The notes under the pieces were generated by a model. That model was not told where the DNA came from. It saw only the letters and a list, made by a program, of their open reading frames with translations, and made no database searches. Of a stretch of 64,000 bases of DNA, positions 55,759 through 64,000 are shown in pieces. The stretch is from an uncultured Candidatus Saccharibacteria bacterium (GTDB taxonomy: Bacteria; Patescibacteriota; Saccharimonadia; Saccharimonadales; UBA10212), in NCBI GenBank assembly GCA_964400155.1, contig CAYNSQ010000001.1:31938-95937 (forward strand), in the 5' to 3' direction. The position numbers and the translations under genes were made by a program. Positions within the stretch are counted from its first letter, which is position 1. Every line of letters starts with the position of its first letter.

Positions 55759-56163
55759 TTATTCTTCTCGGAGTTCGCCACCATGGACGGTTACTGCCCA
55801 GATAACCAATAGGTCAATTACGATAATCATAATTGACCAGAATGGATACACTGGAACAAATGCCATGTTGGCAACAGCGCTAAGAAAAGCTACTAAGACA
55901 GCTACAATCCTACCGTACATATGACCGGCCATTAGTGAACCTGCAGCTAGAATTGCTAGTAGACCTAGAATCATATGAGCCCAACCCCACTGCGTATAGT
56001 CGAGAACCCATACTGAATTTGTTGCTGCATGATAGACGACTTCGTCTTTAAACAATGCTACAAAGCCAGCAATCAAAGCGAAAGTTCCGCCAAGAAGTAG
56101 CATAAAACTCGCAAAGCCGACCCAGCCGACCCAACCAGTTACCTCTTTATTATTTTTTGCCAT
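55759..56163 (-). CDS. small 4-TM membrane protein, unknown
   Basis: 134 aa, four hydrophobic helices, Trp-rich loops. Confidence 0.4.
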   Translation of the reverse strand: MAKNNKEVTGWVGWVGFASFMLLLGGTFALIAGFVALFKDEVVYHAATNSVWVLDYTQWGWAHMILGLLAILAAGSLMAGHMYGRIVAVLVAFLSAVANMAFVPVYPFWSIMIIVIDLLVIWAVTVHGGELREE

Positions 56164-56238
56164 AACACCTCCTGATTAATTTATCCTAAACTGATTATCT
56201 TCCCAAACATTCTAGGTGTCAATAATTTTTTTACTTTG

Positions 56239-56496
56239 TTACAATCCAAGAATTTGCTTTTTCTTGGCGTCAAATTCTTCTTGAGTTAGGATGCCTTGTT
56301 CCTTTAACTGACCCAACTTCTCGAGTTCGGCAAATTGATCAGTGGATGATGTTTCTTGTTGCTCTGGAGCTGGTGCTTGAGCTTGTTCTTGCTCAGCCCA
56401 ACGGTTAGCTTGTCTACGACTGACATTGTTAGAAACATGTGTAGCTGTACCTGCAATTACTGCGGTTCTTGCAACTCCTCTTAATAATCCTGGCAT
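56239..56496 (-). CDS. SHOCT-domain protein
   Basis: C-terminal FAELEKLGQLKEQGILTQEEFDAKKKQILGL matches the SHOCT consensus. Confidence 0.6.
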   Translation of the reverse strand: MPGLLRGVARTAVIAGTATHVSNNVSRRQANRWAEQEQAQAPAPEQQETSSTDQFAELEKLGQLKEQGILTQEEFDAKKKQILGL

Positions 56497-56499
56497 TTT

Positions 56500-56919
56500 T
56501 TATTCTCCTTTCTTTTCATTTATTTCGGCTGCAGCTTCTGGGTGAATGCGACCTTCGGCTATCAAAAATCCATTTGCATCAATTATTGCCTTTTTAAGCG
56601 GTTTTGCCCAAAGTTGTTCTATAACAAGTAGGCCTGCGGCAGTGTTGTTGTCAAGTAGTTCTCCAACTTCATCAATATCTTCTTTTGTAACTAAATCAGA
56701 ACTTGTCTTATACTTTGAGGTAAATTCTAAGACATATTCATCTCCCATATCTGCAATATCCATCGTGGTGACTGTTCCATTAGCGTCTTTAATAACCGCT
56801 GAGAGGGCAACTAGTCCAATTACGCCACTATCAATAGCCTGTCCAAGCGCCCTTAGAATACTACCGTCAAATTTATTGCCTTCGAAACCAACTACAATGT
56901 AATCAATTGGTCCAATCAT
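56500..56919 (-). CDS. hypothetical soluble protein (139 aa), operonic with the SHOCT gene
   Basis: 3-nt spacing to the downstream SHOCT ORF. Acidic. No motif assigned. Confidence 0.45.
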   Translation of the reverse strand: MIGPIDYIVVGFEGNKFDGSILRALGQAIDSGVIGLVALSAVIKDANGTVTTMDIADMGDEYVLEFTSKYKTSSDLVTKEDIDEVGELLDNNTAAGLLVIEQLWAKPLKKAIIDANGFLIAEGRIHPEAAAEINEKKGE

Positions 56920-57086
56920 ACTTTCTCCTTTTTACTTTGTTTATACCTTCATTTGCTATTAAATAACACGAGCATTTTATAGCTTGCGTAATAGCATTGG
57001 TGTCTATATTGTAACAAGTTTTTCTTATAACTTAGGTTGGTTTTACATTTGCATATCTATTTGTGCTGATATAGGCTTATACTAAC

Positions 57087-58679
57087 GTGAAGAAGTGGCT
57101 TTTGGTAATTGTACTAGCATGTGCCCAGTTCATTATGGTGCTTGATAGTACAGTGATGAATGTATCTATATCTGAAGTGGTTGCCGACCTTGGGACTACC
57201 GTTTCCGGATTGCAAGCAGCAATAACTTTTTATACCTTAACAATGGCCGCATTTATGATGACGGGCGGGAAATTCGGCGACAAACTTGGTAGGTTAAAAG
57301 CTTTTCGTATCGGCGCAATAATCTACGGTATAGGGTCATTGATTACCGCCATAAGCCCTAACTTAGGGACACTTATGTTTGGGTGGTCTCTAGTTGAGGG
57401 ACTTGGGGCAGTCTTAGTGATTCCTGCTATCGCTGCACTTATCGCTATGAACTACAAAGGCAAAGATAGAGTAGTAGGTTTTACTTTAATTGGCGCTGCC
57501 AGCGGAGTAGCAGTCGCTGCCGGTCCGCTTATAGGTGGCTATGTCACTACTTACTTTTCTTGGCGGTATGTTTTTGCGGCAGAAACCATAATAATGGCAG
57601 GGATCCTCCTATATTCATTTACTATACCTAATCTGGAGAAAATTAAATCCAAAGTTAAGATTGATTTGTTAAGCGTTATATATTCGGCAAGTGGAATGGC
57701 GATATTTGTATTTGGTATACTGCAGAGCAAAACCTGGGGATTCGTTATACCCAAAGCCAAACCTGAAATTAACGGAAATGAGATTGCTCCACTTGGAATT
57801 TCTATTGTGGCCTATTTAATATTACTTGGCCTTATTATTCTTTATGTGTTTTACAGACGACAACAATCACTATCTCAAAAAGGCGAGAACCCGCTCTTAG
57901 ATGTATCTATGCTAAATATAAAGCCATTGCGCGCAGGACTTGGGGTATTGAGCGGGCAGTATCTTATAACTGCCGCTATTTTCTTTGTCATACCAATTTA
58001 CCTTCAAATGGTACTTGGTTATGACGCACTAAAAACCGGAATAAAAATATTTCCTCTATCCATTGCTATAGTAATATCCTCTATGGTTGGGTCAAAAATG
58101 ATAAACAAATTTAGTCCTAAACAAATAATTCGGATGGGGCAAATTTTATTAATTTTTGGTTCATTTGCCTTGCTGGGATCTATAGAACCTGATATTGAAG
58201 GTTGGTTGTTTGGCGTATCACTGTTTATAGTCGGGTTGGGGCTAGGACTGCTTGTTTCCCAGATTGGCAACGTGACCATGTCTGCGGTGTCAGAGACTAA
58301 ATCAAGTGAAGTAGGAGGACTGCAGGGAACATTTCAAAACCTAGGATCCTCCCTTGGGACTGCCTTGGTTGGTTCGGTAATGATTGCTTCATTGACTACC
58401 ACCTTTGTCCAAACAATAAATGATAACCCTTCAATCCGGCAAAATGTTAAGACTAGTATCTCTGATAACAGTACTGCTGGTATTCCTATAGTTTCAGCAA
58501 GCGATGTTGAAAGTGCTGCTATAGAAGCCGGTCTCAGCCAATCAGAAGCTGAGTCGATAAGTTCAGACTATAAATCATCCCAAATCTCTAGCTTAAAAAC
58601 ATCAATGGTCTTCTTAACTGGCCTTGCCATACTGACATTGCTTCTATCTAAAAATATTCCGAATAAAAAACTAGTTTAA
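57087..58679 (+). CDS. MFS transporter, 14-TM drug:H+ antiporter (DHA2/EmrB-like)
   Basis: 530 aa. MFS motif A region (GKFGDKLGRLKAF). 14 predicted helices with a central large loop. GTG start. Confidence 0.75.
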   Translation: MKKWLLVIVLACAQFIMVLDSTVMNVSISEVVADLGTTVSGLQAAITFYTLTMAAFMMTGGKFGDKLGRLKAFRIGAIIYGIGSLITAISPNLGTLMFGWSLVEGLGAVLVIPAIAALIAMNYKGKDRVVGFTLIGAASGVAVAAGPLIGGYVTTYFSWRYVFAAETIIMAGILLYSFTIPNLEKIKSKVKIDLLSVIYSASGMAIFVFGILQSKTWGFVIPKAKPEINGNEIAPLGISIVAYLILLGLIILYVFYRRQQSLSQKGENPLLDVSMLNIKPLRAGLGVLSGQYLITAAIFFVIPIYLQMVLGYDALKTGIKIFPLSIAIVISSMVGSKMINKFSPKQIIRMGQILLIFGSFALLGSIEPDIEGWLFGVSLFIVGLGLGLLVSQIGNVTMSAVSETKSSEVGGLQGTFQNLGSSLGTALVGSVMIASLTTTFVQTINDNPSIRQNVKTSISDNSTAGIPIVSASDVESAAIEAGLSQSEAESISSDYKSSQISSLKTSMVFLTGLAILTLLLSKNIPNKKLV

Positions 58680-58695
58680 TCTAAATTAATGGTTT

Positions 58696-59118
58696 TTATC
58701 TATGATGGCGTTTTTTCAAACGTGCGACTTGCAACTGAGCGCTGGAATGTCTTAACAATCTTTGTGCTTCATTTAGAGCAGTTAATGATCCGGCCGATTT
58801 AACTGCTTCTTCAGCTTTTTTCATTGCTGCTTCTGCTTGTGCCTCATTTATATCGGCGCTTGTTGAAATGTCTTCAGAAATAAATCGAATTGACTTACCA
58901 TCTGTTTCTAAGATGCCACCGTTGATAGCAAATCGCTCCATTTCATCTTCTGTGTCACTACTTTTTCTGCGAACGCTTAAAACTCCGGCTGATGCGGTAC
59001 TAACAAGTGGCATATGGTCCTTAAAAATTGCAATTGTTCCAGTCGGAGTTGGTATTAACACTTCGTAAGCTTCGTCGTCGAATTTTGATCCACCTGAAGA
59101 TACTAGCTGAAACCTCAT
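58696..59118 (-). CDS. atpC: F-type ATP synthase subunit epsilon
   Basis: 140 aa. N-terminal beta-sandwich sequence (FQLVSSGGSKFDDEAYEVLIPTPTGTIAIFKDHMPLVS). Downstream of atpD. Confidence 0.85.
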   Translation of the reverse strand: MRFQLVSSGGSKFDDEAYEVLIPTPTGTIAIFKDHMPLVSTASAGVLSVRRKSSDTEDEMERFAINGGILETDGKSIRFISEDISTSADINEAQAEAAMKKAEEAVKSAGSLTALNEAQRLLRHSSAQLQVARLKKRHHR

Positions 59119-59120
59119 TG

Positions 59121-60590
<1,470 letters not shown>

Positions 60591-60607
60591 TTAATCAAAA
60601 TTCAGCC

Positions 60608-61477
60608 TTACTGGGCGATGGCTGCCGCTCCTCCCGTTATCTCGGCAATTTCTTGTGTAATAGCAGCCTGCCTTGTTGCATTCAACTCTAGAGTCAGATC
60701 ATCTATCAAGTCTGACGCATTTCTGTTGGCATTGCCCATCGCTACCATACGCATAGCATGTTCTGATGCAGCTGATTCAATTCTTGCCTGCATTAGTTTT
60801 GCTTGTAGAAATAACTTTAACGATTCAACAGAAACTTCCTCTATGCTAGGTTCCATCTCATAGACAGTATCCTCTTTAATGCTATTATCTGAATCTGTTG
60901 CTGGCAAAATAACCGGTAATAAGTTTTGTACAGTTGCTTGTTGCGATAGTGATGTAATAAAACTTGTATAAACAATCTTTAATTGACTTACTTCTTGGTT
61001 GAGCACTTTTTTATCTATAGTCTCAAAGACTGGAGCAAAAACATCCATTGAGGGCATATCAGCAACATCTTCATAGACTCCGATCAAATCAATTCCATTA
61101 AGCTTTGAGAAAAACTTAGAACCTTTGCGCCCGAATACAACAACTTGAGGAGTTAACTTATCCTCTTCAAACAATCTTAGGCAACTGTTAAATATATTTG
61201 TGTTAAAGGCACCAGCCTGGCCACGATCTGATGTAAAGACAATGTATAAGTTGGCTTTGTTGTTAGGAAGCTGAAAATATGAGTTTTCTGTAAGATCTGG
61301 ATTAAGCTGGATTCTAGCCATTATATTTGCTGCTAATTCACCATACGCTCTTGCAGAAGCTACCGCTCCCAGGACTTTTCTCATTCTTGCAGCTGCCACA
61401 ACTTCTAGTGCTTTTGTAATCTGCTTGGCGTTTTTTACAGATCGAATACGATGTTGAATCACACGAGTTTGAGCCAC
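60608..61477 (-). CDS. atpG: F-type ATP synthase subunit gamma
   Basis: 289 aa. Conserved N-terminal (IRSVKNAKQITKALEVVAAARMRK) and C-terminal helices. Confidence 0.9.
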   Translation of the reverse strand: MAQTRVIQHRIRSVKNAKQITKALEVVAAARMRKVLGAVASARAYGELAANIMARIQLNPDLTENSYFQLPNNKANLYIVFTSDRGQAGAFNTNIFNSCLRLFEEDKLTPQVVVFGRKGSKFFSKLNGIDLIGVYEDVADMPSMDVFAPVFETIDKKVLNQEVSQLKIVYTSFITSLSQQATVQNLLPVILPATDSDNSIKEDTVYEMEPSIEEVSVESLKLFLQAKLMQARIESAASEHAMRMVAMGNANRNASDLIDDLTLELNATRQAAITQEIAEITGGAAAIAQ

Positions 61478-61540
61478 TAGAAGCTACCTCCGTTATGTAC
61501 AGCTTTTGTATTTGGTAGTCTTGTAGCGGTCATTGTAATA

Positions 61541-63085
61541 CTAGACATCTTTAGTTACCTTGTATTGTTTTGCAATTTTAGAAGCAACATCAATTAAGTC
61601 TGCTTTGACTTTGTCAGTTGGTTTTTCACGTCCATCAATCATTTCAACTAGTTTCTTATGCTTTTGCTCGAGTGTACTTAGAAATGCTGCTTGGGCAGTT
61701 TTGACATGTTCAACATCAATTTCGTCAAATGCCCCTCCGGTTGATGCTATGATTATTGCCACCTGCTGCCATACTGACATAGGTGAAAATTGCGGTTGTT
61801 TCAAAAATTCCGTAAGCAATCGACCTCTTGATAGTCGGCTTTGCGTTTCGGCATCTAAGTCTGAAGAGAACTGAGAGAAAGCAGCAAGTTCACGAAATTG
61901 AGCTAAATCGAGTCGTAGATTGCCTGCAACGGCTTTTGTGGCGGGTGGTTGCGCAGATCCACCTACGCGACTTACTGACAGACCGACTGATATAGCCGGT
62001 CTAATACCTTGGTAAAATAAATCTGTTTCCAGATATATTTGACCATCAGTGATAGAGATAACATTAGTTGGAATATAAGCACTTACGTCACCTGCCTGAG
62101 TTTCAATTATAGGTAAAGCGGTTAGACTACCACCTCCAAGCTCGTCAGACAACTTTGCTGCTCGTTCTAAAAGTCGGGAATGCAAATAAAATACATCTCC
62201 GGGGTAGGCTTCACGTCCTGGAGGTCTACGCAGAAGTAAGCTCATTTGTCGATAGGCGACAGCATGCTTAGATAAATCATCGTAAATAATTAGCGCATGT
62301 TTATTGTTATCTCTAAACCATTCTCCTATAGCCGCACCGGAATATGGTGCTAGGTATTGCATACTTGCCGGATCAGAAGCACTAGTTGCAACTATAATTG
62401 ATTGATCCATAACTCCTTCACGTTTCAATCTCTCCACCAACCTTGAGATACGTGAGTTCTTCTGCCCTATGGCAACATAAATATTGATTACGCCCGTTTT
62501 TTGTTTAGCTTGATTGATCATCGCATCTACGGCTATTGCCGTTTTTCCGGTTTGTCGGTCACCAATTATAAGTTCTCGTTGACCTCGACCAATTGGAATC
62601 ATGGCATCAATTGCCGTAATACCGGTTAGCAGTGGTTCATGGACACTTTTTCTATCGATGACTCCTGGAGCGGTATTTTCTACCAATCCTCTTGTCTTGG
62701 TTACAATCTCAGCTTTACCATCCAAAGCTCGCCCAAGAGGGTCTACCACGCGTCCAATTAGTTCCTCGCCAACAGGAATTGATAGGACTTCGCCACTAAG
62801 TGTTACCTTGGCACCGGCTTTTACTTCTTGGTCATCACCTAGTAGCACTGCGCCAACTTCGTCTTCTAATAGGTTGAGGGCAAAGGCTGTTACTTTGCCT
62901 TTAGCGCCTTCAATTTCAATCATTTCAGCAAAACCACATTCTCGTAAACCATAAATCCACACCACACCGTCACCTACACGGGTAACTACACCCTGCGAAC
63001 TCTGACCACCAACTTCATTAAGGCCAGCAATAGCTTTTTTAACTTCATTTGATAAATCTTTAACGTCAAAATCAACAATAGCCAT
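61541..63085 (-). CDS. atpA: F-type ATP synthase subunit alpha
   Basis: Walker A ([13 protein letters not shown]) and alpha-subunit signature regions. 514 aa. Confidence 0.95.
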   Translation of the reverse strand: MAIVDFDVKDLSNEVKKAIAGLNEVGGQSSQGVVTRVGDGVVWIYGLRECGFAEMIEIEGAKGKVTAFALNLLEDEVGAVLLGDDQEVKAGAKVTLSGEVLSIPVGEELIGRVVDPLGRALDGKAEIVTKTRGLVENTAPGVIDRKSVHEPLLTGITAIDAMIPIGRGQRELIIGDRQTGKTAIAVDAMINQAKQKTGVINIYVAIGQKNSRISRLVERLKREGVMDQSIIVATSASDPASMQYLAPYSGAAIGEWFRDNNKHALIIYDDLSKHAVAYRQMSLLLRRPPGREAYPGDVFYLHSRLLERAAKLSDELGGGSLTALPIIETQAGDVSAYIPTNVISITDGQIYLETDLFYQGIRPAISVGLSVSRVGGSAQPPATKAVAGNLRLDLAQFRELAAFSQFSSDLDAETQSRLSRGRLLTEFLKQPQFSPMSVWQQVAIIIASTGGAFDEIDVEHVKTAQAAFLSTLEQKHKKLVEMIDGREKPTDKVKADLIDVASKIAKQYKVTKDV

Positions 63086-63478
63086 CTAGAAAGCCTCCTT
63101 TAGCTGAATGAGTTTAGTTTTTATACTGTTGTCCCAGGACCTAGTAGCAGTTTGCAACCTAAAACCGCCAATCATACTTTTATCTATCTTGGACTCAATC
63201 TTTACACTTTCAACACCAACGCTCGACTTAACCAGTTCTGCAATCTGAGTCTCTAGAGTTTTTGTCAATTCATGAGCAGTCGTTAATTTAGCTACACTTA
63301 TGCGCCCCAATTCTTCCAACTCGTATAGAATGTCATTAACTAGAAGCTCTACCTCACTCACACGGCCATCAGCTACTAACACTCCAGCCATCTGTTGAGC
63401 TACTTTTGGTAGTTTGGCACCTTCCGAAATTTGCTCGGCACCGTAACGAGCTAGGGAACGACGAGAAATTTTATTCAT
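63086..63478 (-). CDS. atpH: F-type ATP synthase subunit delta (OSCP), short form
   Basis: 130 aa in the canonical position between atpF and atpA. Confidence 0.7.
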   Translation of the reverse strand: MNKISRRSLARYGAEQISEGAKLPKVAQQMAGVLVADGRVSEVELLVNDILYELEELGRISVAKLTTAHELTKTLETQIAELVKSSVGVESVKIESKIDKSMIGGFRLQTATRSWDNSIKTKLIQLKEAF

Positions 63479-63951
63479 TTAGTCTCCTTGATGGCATTGG
63501 CTATCAATTGCATGTCTGTCTTTGGATCTATCTTTTTTTCTAAAACCTTTTCTGTAGCAGAAGCAACCAAATCTGCAAGCTCTCCTTTGAGTTCACTGCG
63601 TAGTTTTTCACGTTCGTCAGCCAAACTTAGTTCGGCATCCTTGATAATATGTTTTGCTCGTTCTGCTGCGCTAAGTTCTGCGCTTGCTATAACTTCAGAT
63701 GCTACTTTTTTCGCATCACTTAGTGACGTGTCTGCTTGTATGCGTGCCTGGTTAATTATTTCTGACGCTTTTTTTTCCGCACTTGCAAGCGCTTCTTCAG
63801 TTTTTTTCGCCTGTACAAGACTTTCTTCAAGCGTTTCGCGACGAGCTTCTAGTGTAGAAACTAGTTTTGGAAAGACATACTTTTTTAAAATGACCAGAAC
63901 AATAACAAATGCAATTAACTGAAATAGGAAGGCCTGCAAGTTAATACCCAA
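63475..63951 (-). CDS. atpF: F-type ATP synthase subunit b
   Basis: Single N-terminal TM (LFQLIAFVIVLVIL) followed by a long Ala/Glu/Lys-rich coiled coil. Confidence 0.85.
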   Translation of the reverse strand: MGINLQAFLFQLIAFVIVLVILKKYVFPKLVSTLEARRETLEESLVQAKKTEEALASAEKKASEIINQARIQADTSLSDAKKVASEVIASAELSAAERAKHIIKDAELSLADEREKLRSELKGELADLVASATEKVLEKKIDPKTDMQLIANAIKETK

Positions 63952-64000
63952 AGCAGCAATACCACCACTTGTTTCGGCATCAGTACTTTCTGCAAATATT

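Overview
This 64 kb window comes from a low-GC, gene-dense bacterial chromosome that uses the standard genetic code. TGA, TAA and TAG all terminate well-formed genes, so the UGA=Gly recoding seen in some reduced-genome lineages is not in use here. Gene content suggests a reduced-genome, Gram-positive-type organism, possibly Patescibacteria/Saccharibacteria-like. That guess is an inference from an LPXTG surface protein, archaeal-type GH57/GH15 glycogen genes, a heme-copper quinol oxidase and broken-up ribosomal operons. Most of the window is housekeeping, running start to end as follows: the end of rplO, then secY, a Nudix hydrolase and a TauE gene where adk/map normally sit; infA-rpmJ-rpsM-rpsK-rpsD-rpoA-rplQ-rplM-rpsI; a three-gene insert; trpS, an RluA-family synthase, holB and a TPR protein; a tRNA cluster (Thr-TGT, Tyr-GTA, a DHH/NrnA gene, Thr-GGT); a PspC-domain gene overlapping rpmG; a minus-strand GH15/GH57/glycogen-synthase cluster; tRNA-Trp and a four-gene island; secE-nusG-rplK-rplA, then dcd and a tmk fusion, then a structured leader with rplJ-rplL and a terminator; dnaX-dnaB, a membrane protein, ybaB-recR; a second DHH/NrnA gene and cysS; an AI-2E transporter, two GT4 genes and an alpha/beta hydrolase on minus; tRNA-Gln and a cyoABCDE-like quinol-oxidase operon with HdeD-like proteins; an LPXTG surface protein; pgl and a gnd-like gene; a membrane-protein block with a second HdeD and a minimal K+ channel; a minus-strand membrane/SHOCT cluster; an MFS transporter; and the F1Fo ATP synthase genes atpF-H-A-G-D-C on minus. 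No CRISPR array and no clear transposase, integrase or intact mobile element was seen. The most unusual loci are these. First, dcd plus a tmk fused to an unknown ~380-aa domain sit inside the normally invariant rplKA-rplJL block. Second, a tRNA-Trp-flanked island carries a small acidic protein, a zeta/AAA_33-like kinase, a DUF45 hydrolase and an orphan PAS histidine kinase. Third, a hairpin-rich 150-bp segment between tRNA-Thr and a decayed repeat of that tRNA's 3' end is followed by tandem 7-mer repeats. Fourth, the heme O synthase reading frame has no canonical start codon. Fifth, structural zinc-ribbon cysteines are lost from L36 and RecR (three of four in L36, three of four in RecR) and partly from L33, and DnaX shows no four-Cys module.
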